Shown one piece after another: positions 54,114 through 63,713 of a stretch of 64,000 bases of DNA. How positions within the stretch are numbered: the stretch's first letter is position 1; every line of letters begins with the position of its first letter. The notes below the pieces were generated by a model that was not told where the DNA came from, did no database searches, and saw only the letters and a program-made list of their open reading frames with translations. Both the position numbers and the translations under genes were made by a program. Source of the DNA: a virus; IMG/VR virus record IMGVR_UViG_3300037312_000769, positions 5,059-69,058 of that record; one strand, given 5' to 3'.

Positions 54114-54956
54114 ATGGCTACTTCAACTGCATCACTCAAATCAAATGGCGTGCGGATCATCTTTTTCGCAATCGGTGGAATAGTGGCGCTGATTCTGCTA
54201 TCCGTTATGTGGCCGTTCGCGTCTGTGCCGGCTGGATATGTGGGGGTCATGACATCGTTCGGGGCGCCATCAGCTCAGGTCTATGACCCCGGTATTCACT
54301 TCCGCATGCCGATTGCGCAGTCGATGCACAACGTCTACATCGGCGTGTACAAAGCACAGTCGGAGGTAGCCGGATCGTCGAAGGATTTGCAGCAAGTGGA
54401 CATGAAGGTGTCGGTGAACTTCAATGTGCTGCCGACTGCGGCGGTTGGCATTTACTCGAATCTAGCCGGCGACCCTTGGACGCAAGTCATGGACCCTGCG
54501 GTGCATGACATCGTGAAAGCCATCGCTGCACGCTACGACGCCACCGATCTCATACAAAAGCGAGATCAAGTAAGCCAGGATGTTCGTGAGGCACTGCTCA
54601 CCCGCTTCAAAAACATCGGCGTCAACGTAAGCGCGGTGAACATCGTTGACTTCCAGTTCAGCAAGCAGTTCAACGATGCGATCGAGGCAAAGATCACGGC
54701 GCAGCAGAACGCGCTGCGCGTCGAGAACGAGATTCAACAGACCAAGTGGGAGGCGCAAAAGCGCGTGGTCGAGTCAGAAGCCGCCCTGCGCGCTGCAGAG
54801 AACAATGCCAAGGCAAACGAACTGATGGGCAAATCGCTGGAAGCTAACCCGGCGCTTATCGAGAAGATGAAGGTAGAGCGCTGGGACGGCCACTACCCGA
54901 CTTACATGATGGGCGGCGCGCTTCCGATGATTCAGATCGGGCCAACTACAAAATGA
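54114..54956 (+). CDS. SPFH/band-7 (prohibitin/HflC-like) membrane protein
   Basis: N-terminal TM helix, then VPAGYVGVMTSFG...PGIHFRMP band-7 signature and a C-terminal coiled coil. Confidence 0.75.
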   Translation: MATSTASLKSNGVRIIFFAIGGIVALILLSVMWPFASVPAGYVGVMTSFGAPSAQVYDPGIHFRMPIAQSMHNVYIGVYKAQSEVAGSSKDLQQVDMKVSVNFNVLPTAAVGIYSNLAGDPWTQVMDPAVHDIVKAIAARYDATDLIQKRDQVSQDVREALLTRFKNIGVNVSAVNIVDFQFSKQFNDAIEAKITAQQNALRVENEIQQTKWEAQKRVVESEAALRAAENNAKANELMGKSLEANPALIEKMKVERWDGHYPTYMMGGALPMIQIGPTTK

Positions 54957-55138
54957 CCGGCCCCGACCTCTACGCCATGCTCGCTACGCTTCACGCTCAC
55001 CCATCACTACCCGCGCACGATCGCGAAGCCCTTGAGCCCGCATTTCGCCTGCTTCCGCTAACCGAAGTAATACCGCTACAAGAGTCGGTCATCGAGCGAG
55101 TGCTGAAGGTGCATGCGGAATTGGTCGAGAAAGAGTAA
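54953..55138 (+). CDS. hypothetical small protein
   Basis: 61 aa with a 4-bp overlap. Confidence 0.3.
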   Translation: MTGPDLYAMLATLHAHPSLPAHDREALEPAFRLLPLTEVIPLQESVIERVLKVHAELVEKE

Positions 55139-55223
55139 CCCCCCGTACCCGCGCGAATTGTGGTCCCTCGGAGCGCGCGGAATTTGGGGCGCTTTCATAG
55201 GCCCCATCTTTTTCAGATCAATC

Positions 55224-55721
55224 ATGAACGCCATGAAAGCTGCGTTTGCGAGCGCCGGAATAGCGCCGAAGCGCGAACCTGTCTCGCCGTGGAATCCATC
55301 ACGGCGCGCGGTAAAGCGCGTGACGAATCCGCTGCCTGCGCCGACTGAATGCCGCTTTTGCGGTGGCAACGTCGAGATCGTCAAGAACAGCGAGATATAC
55401 AACGGTCGTGAATATGGAGAGTGGCCGTGGGCTTATCTATGTCGCGGCTGCGGCGCCTACGTTGGCATGCACCCGTTCACCGGCATCCCGCTCGGAACCC
55501 TGGCGGATCGGAACACGCGAGACATGCGGAAGATGGCGAAGGACGACTTCAATCCGCTCTGGCAGGGCGGCGAAATGACGCGTAGCGAAGCCTATAGCTG
55601 GCTTGCTGATCGCCTTGGAATTGCCGTGGCTGCTTGTCACTTCGGCTGGTTCGATGCCGATACGTGCGAGCGCGTTATCGAGATCATCGAGGAAGCTAAA
55701 CCTGTCCTGTATAGACGATAG
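55224..55721 (+). CDS. phage zinc-ribbon protein (CxxC...CxxC)
   Basis: CRFCGG and CRGCG motifs. Internal ATG at 55224. Confidence 0.4.
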   Translation: MNAMKAAFASAGIAPKREPVSPWNPSRRAVKRVTNPLPAPTECRFCGGNVEIVKNSEIYNGREYGEWPWAYLCRGCGAYVGMHPFTGIPLGTLADRNTRDMRKMAKDDFNPLWQGGEMTRSEAYSWLADRLGIAVAACHFGWFDADTCERVIEIIEEAKPVLYRR

Positions 55722-55725
55722 AGAG

Positions 55726-56938
55726 ATGAAAAGTGACTTGGCTCTACATTCCATCGAGTTATGTGCCGGCGTCGGAATGCTCGGTGAAGGATTCCGGGCC
55801 GCACTCAAGCATCTTGGACGAGAACATAGAACCGTTTGTTACGTGGAGCGGGAAGCTAGTGCAGCCGGGCAACTTGTCGCGCTTATGGAAGCGGGAGCGC
55901 TGGATAAGGCACCTATCTGGAATGACCTTGTCACCTTCGATGGCACAGCGTGGCGCGGACGCGTGGATTGCGTCATTGCCGGTTTCCCATGCCAAGACCT
56001 TTCCGTTGCCGGCCGACGCGCTGGGCTCGACGGTAAGCGATCCGGTCTTTTCTTCGAAGTGTGCCGCATCGCCGATGATTGCGGTGCGCAATTCCTCGTT
56101 CTGGAGAACGTCTCAGGCATCGCTTCTGCCACCGCCTCCGTTGTGGACGAGGAAGAAGGCGAGCTCGACGAGCGGGCGGCAGCCCGAGTCGTGGGAGAGC
56201 TGGCCGACCGCGGGTGGGATGCGGAGTGGATGCATCTACGCGCGTCCGATGTTGGCGCTAGCCACGAACGCGAACGATGGTTCTGCCTCGCGTGGAGGGA
56301 CGTGGCTGACTCCATTCGGAATGTCGGGGATCGAGGAGGAAACGGGGAAGGTTGGCGGGGGCGGGGAGTTCGCGAAACAGGTTCATCGGTGGTCAACGCC
56401 GCGCGCGACGGATGGAACGAAGGGCGGACCGAATCAGCGAGGGAGCAAGGGCGACATGATGCTCCCGAGCATGGCGTCCCAATGGGCGACACCGAAGGCG
56501 AGCGAAACCGATCGGGGAGTATGTCAATCGGAAATGGCGCGACGCTCACCGGGCCTGTTGACGCAGAGTGCAACCTGGGCCACTCCGACGAGCAGCGAGA
56601 ACAGCAACCGCACGACCCAGATGGCGCCGAGTCATGGAAACGGTCACGGTATTGTGTTGGCCGGTCAAGCAGCGGACATGACGACATCTTTGCGCCCGGT
56701 CCTATCGACGATAGATGGCCGGGAATTATCGCCGACCGCCCGGACCTTGCGCCCGCGACTGAACCCGGCGTTCGCATGCTGGCTCATGGGATGGCCTATT
56801 TGGTGGACGAATCCCGCAATCACCAATTGCGTCAGGTCGGAAACGGAGTTGTGGCGCTCCAAGCTGCAACAGCGTTTGTCGAACTTCTACGGCGCGCCAG
56901 TTTCGCATGAAGAAGCCGACGAAGCCCTAACCACCTAA
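55726..56938 (+). pseudogene. DNA (cytosine-5)-methyltransferase with an apparent +1 frameshift near 56292-56305 (pseudogene or sequencing artefact)
   Basis: Motif I ELCAGVGMLGEGF, motif IV GFPCQDLS, ENV and RERWF lie in one frame. Repeated W-x-TP-x-A-S/T-D/E target-recognition repeats and the QVGNGV C-terminus lie in the other frame (ORF 55733..56938). Confidence 0.5.
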
Positions 56939-56954
56939 CCCCAAGAGAGACGCC

Positions 56955-58070
56955 ATGAGCGAGAACCCTGAAGCGAATCGCGGAACGGACGAGCAAATAT
57001 TGACCGAACGAAAGTTGACGTGTGAGGCGATCGACGGAGCGATGGCTTTCGGATACCAGAACACGAATCCGCCGCCGAGCGATGATCATTGGCTGGCGCC
57101 TTATTGGAAGATCGGACGCAAGCAAGCGGAGTTGGAAGTCGCCCTTTCCGGCCCCGCAGAGGCGCAGCCTGTAGCGGTCGCTGAGTTGCCATCATTCCCG
57201 ACGATGCTCCGAAAAATGTGGAGCGGCGGCGAGGTGCAACGATGGATTGACGACAACATCAAGCCGCTAATGCAGGAACAGCATCACGACTTCCATGTAG
57301 CCGAGCCTGTGTCGGTAGCGCCGGAAGGGTGGCGTGTTGTGCCGGAGCACGTGACGGATAACATGATCGACGCTGCTAACAACACACCATCCGGCATCGC
57401 CGGATCACCTCCTCACTGGCAACATGTGTGGGACTGCATGCTCGACGCCGCACCGGCCGCCCCGCAAGCGCCGGCCGTGAGCGCCGTCGATCGCACGCCG
57501 CCCTTCTCGAACTGCCGTTTCCGCGAGTGCGATCTGCCGGGCCAGTGCCGCAGCGAGGGCAAGTGCCATCACCCCGTTACGACAGCGCCGGCCCGGAGCG
57601 AGCAAGAGTCCGACCGAGACGCGTATTACCGAGGCTGGAATGCGGCCATCGCGGCATTTTCGCCGGTCAATGCACCCTACCCCACCGCGCGCGCTGAGGG
57701 TGGAGAGGCGGTGGCGTGGCGCATGGTCTGCGGCGACTGGCGCGATGAAACGGTCGCGCTCCACGGCCCACGTGGTCACATCGTCAGCGGGCTAACTGCC
57801 GAGCAGGCGAAGGCCATCATCACCGCGCACGGCGGTAGGACTGCGATCGCCGCCGTGCGCGATGCGCAGGCCGATTTCAATCCTCGCGGTTCGTGCCCGA
57901 ACGGCGCGCCTTGCGAAATCGGTTGCGACAAGAACGAACCGTGTGCGGCGCAGGCCGATCAAGACAGCATCCCTGACGAGTGCGCTGCATCGGGTGCGTC
58001 GTGTAGCTATCGTCCGCACGGGATGAACGGTGAAATGCAGTGCCAATATTGCGGGAAGGAGCAGCGATGA
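56955..58070 (+). CDS. hypothetical Cys-rich protein (371 aa)
   Basis: Long ORF with multiple Cys pairs near the C-terminus. Confidence 0.4.
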   Translation: MSENPEANRGTDEQILTERKLTCEAIDGAMAFGYQNTNPPPSDDHWLAPYWKIGRKQAELEVALSGPAEAQPVAVAELPSFPTMLRKMWSGGEVQRWIDDNIKPLMQEQHHDFHVAEPVSVAPEGWRVVPEHVTDNMIDAANNTPSGIAGSPPHWQHVWDCMLDAAPAAPQAPAVSAVDRTPPFSNCRFRECDLPGQCRSEGKCHHPVTTAPARSEQESDRDAYYRGWNAAIAAFSPVNAPYPTARAEGGEAVAWRMVCGDWRDETVALHGPRGHIVSGLTAEQAKAIITAHGGRTAIAAVRDAQADFNPRGSCPNGAPCEIGCDKNEPCAAQADQDSIPDECAASGASCSYRPHGMNGEMQCQYCGKEQR

Positions 58071-58687
58071 CCCAAGAACTGAAAGACGAGCGGGCGGCAG
58101 AGGATGCGGGCGGGGATGGGGCGGCGCTTCGAAATTTCAGCGTGTCGAAGGAATGGCTTGCTGACCGTCTTGCTCGTGGCGAGGAACCGGGCGGCCTCAT
58201 GGCCTGCGATCCTAGTTTCTTGCCGTCGTGCCTGTGCTGCAGCCACGTTGGCGTGCCCGCCAATAAGGCGGTCGGGTTGATCGACACCATCAGCCGGCTC
58301 AAGAAGGACCCCGGCAGGGGCGACGAAGTGTTTCGCTGCGGGTACAACGGCGCAATCGACAGGGTGCTATCCATTCTCGCCGCCACGCAGCCGAGCGCGG
58401 AGGAACAGCCCAGTCTCACGAATCCGCTGACTCCCTACGGAATGCTAGTCCGCGCGCTGCGGATCGTGGCCGGGACGACTCTCTATGACATGGCGAAGCA
58501 CTTTGCAGGCGGCTCGGCTAGGCTGTCCGCCATCGAGTTCGGCCGAATGCCAGCGACCGAAGCAGTCGTCGCGCGAACCGCAGAATACTTCGCCGGCTTG
58601 GGCATTCGCGACACATTGCCAGCGCTTAATGCTGCTTTGCTCTCCGCCGCTCCTGCCGAGGCGAAAGGAGGGAAAGATGCTGACTGA
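58040..58687 (+). CDS. hypothetical protein with a C-terminal HTH
   Basis: LVRALRIVAGTTLYDMAKHFAGGSARLSAIEFG HTH-like segment. Confidence 0.4.
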   Translation: MPILREGAAMTQELKDERAAEDAGGDGAALRNFSVSKEWLADRLARGEEPGGLMACDPSFLPSCLCCSHVGVPANKAVGLIDTISRLKKDPGRGDEVFRCGYNGAIDRVLSILAATQPSAEEQPSLTNPLTPYGMLVRALRIVAGTTLYDMAKHFAGGSARLSAIEFGRMPATEAVVARTAEYFAGLGIRDTLPALNAALLSAAPAEAKGGKDAD

Positions 58688-59498
58688 AATCGAGCCATGC
58701 GCATTTTGCCAATCTCGCCTGACCGGGCCGACGAACGCAGGCTACTTCCTGCACCCCAAGAACCGGTGCGTTCTCAGCGAACATGAGGTATCCCGCGACG
58801 AGATCGGAGCATGGAACCGCCGCACCGCTCCCGATAGCGCGACGCTCGATCATATCCGCGAACTGGCGACGTGCGGGATGAGCCACGGCCTGCTCGCCGA
58901 CGATTACTGCAGGCAGATTTTGGAGGTGCTCAAGACCGCGGAGGCCGCGCCAGATAGGGAGGCGGTTATCGAGGAATGCGCCATACGCGCCGCGGTCCAT
59001 TCGCAATACCCGATCACGACGGATTTCGATCGCGGATATGACAAGGCGAGAAAGGATGCTGCCGCCTCCATCCGCTCCCTCAAACGCGCCCCAACCGCAT
59101 CCCAACTCGCAGCTCTCGACCGCCTAGCCGAGAACGCGCACGAGCTGGGGCTGGGGTATGAGCCGTTGACGCCGTCTGATCCACCGTGGAAACCGATCGA
59201 GACGGCTCCGAAGGATGGTCGAGAGGTTCTCCTGTTTCTAGGCGCTCCGTGGCTCAAAGCAGAAAAGGCCCGCTGGTATGAGCCTTGGCAGAACTGGCAG
59301 TGTGGCGTGATTCCAGATGACCCAGCGCGCGAAGAACTTCACGGGATTGGTTCATCGGTGCCCACGCACTGGATGCCAATGCCGGCCGCGCCGACCGACG
59401 CATCGTACTGCGACAGGCATTGCAAGAAGATGTGCCAGAACTCAATACATGGCGTATGCGATGGGGCGCCGACTGAGACCGAAGTGGAGAAATCGTGA
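58677..59498 (+). CDS. hypothetical phage protein (DUF551-like WKPIETAPKDGREVLL segment)
   Basis: ATG preceded by an AAAGGAGGG Shine-Dalgarno; 273 aa. Confidence 0.4.
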   Translation: MLTEIEPCAFCQSRLTGPTNAGYFLHPKNRCVLSEHEVSRDEIGAWNRRTAPDSATLDHIRELATCGMSHGLLADDYCRQILEVLKTAEAAPDREAVIEECAIRAAVHSQYPITTDFDRGYDKARKDAAASIRSLKRAPTASQLAALDRLAENAHELGLGYEPLTPSDPPWKPIETAPKDGREVLLFLGAPWLKAEKARWYEPWQNWQCGVIPDDPAREELHGIGSSVPTHWMPMPAAPTDASYCDRHCKKMCQNSIHGVCDGAPTETEVEKS

Positions 59499-59743
59499 AG
59501 ATACCGGGCGTTGAACTCAACACGATCAATCCTAAGTGGCGCATGCGGACCAGACCATGGCTAGACATGAAATCGCTCAAGCCGGTTTATTCCGTCGATG
59601 TCTATCACCCCGATTTCAAAATATGGTTGGCGGTCTATGTAGCGAAGCGCGGCCTAAAGCGGTTCAAATCGAATGACGATGCGGAAAGGTTCATCGCCAA
59701 GATCAAAGCTGACGCTGCAAATGGAGAGGGAGAGAGGGGATGA
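59495..59743 (+). CDS. hypothetical protein
   Basis: 82 aa with 4-bp coupling. Confidence 0.35.
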   Translation: MKIPGVELNTINPKWRMRTRPWLDMKSLKPVYSVDVYHPDFKIWLAVYVAKRGLKRFKSNDDAERFIAKIKADAANGEGERG

Positions 59744-60345
59744 CAACAGCCTATCCGCTGCAATGGCCCGCTGGCCGCAAACGGACAGACCACTTCAGCC
59801 GCGAGCACGCGAAATTCGACGTTACGCTTGCGCGAGCCCGCGACAACATCATGGCCGAGGTTCGCTTGCTGTGCGGTGGCCGATACGGCATCGATCCGAA
59901 CATCGTCATCAGCACCAACCTCAACCTACGTCGAGACGGATTGCCTTTAGCCAATCAGCGCGCGCCAGACGATCCCGGCGTCGCGGTCTACTTCACGTAC
60001 AAGAAGCGGCAGATGGCCTTCGCGTGCGACCGATGGCTAAAGATCGAGCACAACATGCAGGCGATAGCCAAGACGATCGAAGCGTTGCGAGGTATCTCCC
60101 GCTGGGGAACTGGCGACATGCTTGCCGCAGCGTTCACGGGCTTTGCAGCGTTGCCGGCGCCTGGTGGTGAACCGACGTGGCGGGAAGTGCTTGGGGTTAC
60201 CGCCGACACGCGTGATCTTCCGATCGTGCGAGCCGCATACCGAATTCTGGCATCGCGGCATCACCCCGATAAGGGTGGATCGCACGATGCCATGACCAAA
60301 CTGAATGCGGCGCTCGCGGCGGCAGAGAAGGAGATTGGGCGATGA
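59740..60345 (+). CDS. J-domain (DnaJ-like) protein with an unknown N-terminal domain
   Basis: C-terminal AAYRILASRHHPDKGG carries the HPD motif. Confidence 0.55.
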   Translation: MTTAYPLQWPAGRKRTDHFSREHAKFDVTLARARDNIMAEVRLLCGGRYGIDPNIVISTNLNLRRDGLPLANQRAPDDPGVAVYFTYKKRQMAFACDRWLKIEHNMQAIAKTIEALRGISRWGTGDMLAAAFTGFAALPAPGGEPTWREVLGVTADTRDLPIVRAAYRILASRHHPDKGGSHDAMTKLNAALAAAEKEIGR

Positions 60346-60379
60346 CCGCTGACACAAGCGACCAACTGGGAGGGAAAAG

Positions 60380-60487
60380 ATGAACACCCCGCTTGCGCTT
60401 CTCGGAGGCCTTCTCATTGGATTTGGGTTGAGCGCTACATCAATAGGCGTACTTGTAATTTACATGGCTTACGTGGGGAAATGGTGA
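60380..60487 (+). CDS. 35-aa hydrophobic membrane peptide
   Basis: GGGAGGG Shine-Dalgarno, then MNTPLALLGGLLIGFGLSATSIGVLVIYMAYVGKW. The stop overlaps the next start. Confidence 0.3.
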   Translation: MNTPLALLGGLLIGFGLSATSIGVLVIYMAYVGKW

Positions 60488-60972
60488 TGGTCACTAACGC
60501 AACTGAACTGGCGAAGAGACTTCTCCACTGGGCCGCTTTTGGCTATGGCGTTGAAGCATCGAGGGACATGACCCAAGCCGGCACCCTCATCGAGCAGCAA
60601 GCCGCGCAGATCAAAGACCTTGAGGCCGACCGCGATTCATGGCGCGATCAAGCATCGCAAAGGGTGGCAGATTGGGCGGCTATGAAGGCCGAGCGCGATG
60701 CGCTTAAGGCGCGGGTGGAGGCGGTGGAGGGCGTACTACAAGCGATCCCGAGCACATCGGGAGCCATGATCGACTTTATCGGATCAAACTTTAACAGCAT
60801 GGAAGCGCAGGGGTGGACTGATAGCGTACTTCCCAAGCCAACCGGCGACCTGGGCATGGTCAAGTACACGCTGACGGTGCATGACCTTCTGAGCGCGTTT
60901 TCGTGGGCTGGGTTGGATGCGGAATCGATTGACGCCGCTATCGCCACTCAGGGCGGGAAGGAGGGGGCGTGA
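60481..60972 (+). CDS. hypothetical coiled-coil protein
   Basis: 163-aa ORF. Confidence 0.35.
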   Translation: MVMVTNATELAKRLLHWAAFGYGVEASRDMTQAGTLIEQQAAQIKDLEADRDSWRDQASQRVADWAAMKAERDALKARVEAVEGVLQAIPSTSGAMIDFIGSNFNSMEAQGWTDSVLPKPTGDLGMVKYTLTVHDLLSAFSWAGLDAESIDAAIATQGGKEGA

Positions 60973-61259
60973 GCCGCATCGAACTGCCAACACTAATCCT
61001 CCCCCTTAAGCGCGAGTACTTCGACGCGATCAAGAGCGGCGAGAAGGTCGAAGAATACCGCCTAGTTAATGCGCATTGGGCCACTCGGCTAGTCGGTCGC
61101 GACTACGGTCAAATCGTCCTGACGCTCGGGTATCCAAAGTCCGATGACTGGGATCGCCGCATCCTCAAGCCATGGCGCGGCTACGTCATCCGAACAATCC
61201 AACATCCTCACTTCGGGCCTGAGCCGGTGAGGGTGTTTGCAATCAATGTGGGGCCGTGA
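60969..61259 (+). CDS. ASCH-domain protein
   Basis: N-terminus LPLKREYFDAIKSGEKVEEYR fits ASCH. 96 aa. Confidence 0.5.
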   Translation: MSRIELPTLILPLKREYFDAIKSGEKVEEYRLVNAHWATRLVGRDYGQIVLTLGYPKSDDWDRRILKPWRGYVIRTIQHPHFGPEPVRVFAINVGP

Positions 61260-61543
61260 TGAAGAAACCCAGCAAGTCACGAATCGCGCGCGACAACATC
61301 AGTTCGTTGGCGTCTATCGGTATCGCAGCGATGGAGTATGAAGCGGCGCGACGACGAGCATACGTGGCGCTTCAGGCGATCCGCAGGGCGCGAAATTCCG
61401 AGGACAGCGATCCCGACGTCAAGATCGAAGCCGGCGAGTACGCGCTTTCAGCTCGTGAGCGAAAGAACGCACGCGAACGCATGCTGCGGATGATCGCCCG
61501 CTATCGAAAGTGGCTCGCCGGCGTGAATGGAGGCACAGCATGA
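61256..61543 (+). CDS. hypothetical protein
   Basis: 95-aa ORF with a 4-bp overlap. Confidence 0.3.
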   Translation: MMKKPSKSRIARDNISSLASIGIAAMEYEAARRRAYVALQAIRRARNSEDSDPDVKIEAGEYALSARERKNARERMLRMIARYRKWLAGVNGGTA

Positions 61544-61782
61544 CCGACACAACCAACTACGCCGCATTCGAGCGCGAGCACCTTGGCGATCCCGACAAGA
61601 AGACCGGCATCTATGCGCCGAAGATAATTGTCGACCGCTGCTCGCACGGGAAGCTATGGAACGAGGAATGCCCGGAGTGCGAGCTAATCAGCGCTAGGGA
61701 GTTTGTGAAGCGCTGGGGGCCGATGGTCGACGAGGCCCGGGCGAAGATCGAGGAATTGACGAAGCGAGAGGTGAAGACGTGA
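61510..61782 (+). CDS. hypothetical protein
   Basis: 90-aa ORF. Confidence 0.3.
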   Translation: MARRREWRHSMTDTTNYAAFEREHLGDPDKKTGIYAPKIIVDRCSHGKLWNEECPECELISAREFVKRWGPMVDEARAKIEELTKREVKT

Positions 61783-62042
61783 GTGAGAGATCGAAACCTT
61801 TCGGAAACTTTAGGATTGATCGGTCAGAGGACCTACCTGTCGAACTAGAGCCTGAGCGGAGTTGGCTGCGTGACTCGGTCACAATCACAGCCGTCCTTGC
61901 GGCATTGGCGGTCATTTGCGTGATGGTATACGGCATGGGCATCAATAGCGTCATGCGTGAATGCCAAGCGGGTGCCGGCCGTTGGCTTGTCGTCATCCAG
62001 CATGGTGACATGACTATAGATTGCAAGCGGGATAAGGAGTGA
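61779..62042 (+). CDS. hypothetical membrane-associated protein
   Basis: 87 aa with one hydrophobic helix. Confidence 0.3.
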   Translation: MSERSKPFGNFRIDRSEDLPVELEPERSWLRDSVTITAVLAALAVICVMVYGMGINSVMRECQAGAGRWLVVIQHGDMTIDCKRDKE

Positions 62043-62046
62043 AGAC

Positions 62047-62346
62047 GTGGGCAACGCACTGAGGCACAGCAAAGAAGAGGACGCGATCATGAGTCGGATT
62101 GCGAATCTGGAGCGGCAATTGAAACATCAGAGAGGGTTGCTTGAGGCCGAGCGCATCAGGCGAGCCGGCATATCGGTGGGCGACGTCGTGGTTTCAAAAG
62201 GCGAGCGGTTTCGCGTGGCCGAGGTTAAAGCTTTCAGTTACGGCCAAGCGTGGGTAACAGGCAACCCGGAGAAAAAGGACGGAACATTCGGAACTTCGCG
62301 CCGAAATCTGTATAGCGACTGGCAGAAGGAAAAGCCCGCGGCATGA
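62047..62346 (+). CDS. hypothetical protein
   Basis: 99-aa ORF. Confidence 0.3.
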   Translation: MGNALRHSKEEDAIMSRIANLERQLKHQRGLLEAERIRRAGISVGDVVVSKGERFRVAEVKAFSYGQAWVTGNPEKKDGTFGTSRRNLYSDWQKEKPAA

Positions 62347-62412
62347 CTGAAGCAGCACAACGGATGATCGCCAGAACGGCGGAACTGTGGGGCGTCTAAG
62401 TGGGCGCCCTTT

Positions 62413-62709
62413 TTGTTGGGATTTGAGCGGGAGAAGGGGATGAGCGAAATCGAAGAGTTGGCGCACAGAATCGCCGAGGCCGTCAGGCCCTCGCTGCCAA
62501 TCGACATTGACTTATGGGACGTGAAGACGATCGGGGCCTACCTTAAACGCGATCCGGCCGTGGTGCGCGAGCGAATTTGCTGCCTGCCGACGTTTCCCGC
62601 AGCGATACGCCTGCCAAACATCAAAGGGCAGCGGATGCACCCTCTTTGGAAGGCAAGCGAGGTCATCGCATGGGCCGAATCATATCGGGAGCACAAAACG
62701 GCGGCCTAA
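62413..62709 (+). CDS. xis: excisionase / AlpA-like DNA-binding protein (candidate Xis)
   Basis: Small basic protein convergent with, and adjacent to, the integrase. Confidence 0.45.
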   Translation: MLGFEREKGMSEIEELAHRIAEAVRPSLPIDIDLWDVKTIGAYLKRDPAVVRERICCLPTFPAAIRLPNIKGQRMHPLWKASEVIAWAESYREHKTAA

Positions 62710-63713
62710 TCAAGGCGTGCAGCCATATCGTGCGCCGTCTCGTTGTAGTAGACGTTGAGGATTTTTAGATCACGTATCCCAACCATGCGGGCGAGGTCGA
62801 GCACGTCCAGCTTCTTCGCGAGTCGTGTAATTGCCTCATGCCGAGTATCGTGAAAGTGCAGGTTAGCGATCTTGCATCGTCCGCGGGCTTTGCGGAACAG
62901 AGTGTCGAGAGATTGTGAGTCGACTTCGAACACCGTTGGCTTGTCCGCATTGACCTTGCGCATTTCGTCGACGATCTCCCTGGCCCGCAGAGACATAGCG
63001 ACATCTCGAGCGAAACCATTTTTGGTTTTGTCGAGGTGGAAATGTCGCTCCTTCACTCGATCCCACGTGAGTCCGCATATTTCGCTTGCGCGCGCCCCCG
63101 TCTCGATCGCAAACAGAACTATAAGAGCGACGCGAGCCGAAACCGTTTCAGGCGGTTTTCCTTCTTCATATCCAAGCGCGAATACTAGCTTTTCGATTTC
63201 ATCCTGAGAGATGCGCCTGTCACGTGGTTTCGGCTCTTTGGGGCGCCGTACGCCAGATAGCGGACTTTCGGCGATCCATTTCCATTCGTCACGGGCCGTG
63301 GTGAAGGCGTGAGAAAACAGATTGATTTCTCGGATGACTGTTGCCGGCCCGACCTTCTTAGCCTTATCGGTTCCGGCTAGGCGCTGGTCCCGCCACTTCC
63401 CAAAGTCGTCGGACGTGACTTCATTAAGCTGCTTGCCGGCCAGCACCGGGAATTTTCTCTTGAACGCCGAAACCCGAGTCCGCTCCCACTTCTCCCCGGG
63501 CTTGTCAATCGACACGCGCTTGACGTACTCATCGAGCAGATCCGCAACCGTCCGCGAACCTGCGCCGCGGTACGTGCCCTTGAGAATTTCGTTCTCGCGC
63601 TCATTGACCCACGCTTCAGCCGCGCGCTTTGTGGAGAAGGTACCTGACAACCTAACGCCACGTCGGGCGATCTGGACGCGCCAGACGTCGCCATCCTTCT
63701 TGATGTGCGCCAT
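62706..63713 (-). CDS. int: tyrosine recombinase / phage integrase (P4-type)
   Basis: N-terminal arm-binding region. C-terminal HDTRHE box and catalytic Tyr in NVYYNE. Confidence 0.8.
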   Translation of the reverse strand: MAHIKKDGDVWRVQIARRGVRLSGTFSTKRAAEAWVNERENEILKGTYRGAGSRTVADLLDEYVKRVSIDKPGEKWERTRVSAFKRKFPVLAGKQLNEVTSDDFGKWRDQRLAGTDKAKKVGPATVIREINLFSHAFTTARDEWKWIAESPLSGVRRPKEPKPRDRRISQDEIEKLVFALGYEEGKPPETVSARVALIVLFAIETGARASEICGLTWDRVKERHFHLDKTKNGFARDVAMSLRAREIVDEMRKVNADKPTVFEVDSQSLDTLFRKARGRCKIANLHFHDTRHEAITRLAKKLDVLDLARMVGIRDLKILNVYYNETAHDMAARLD

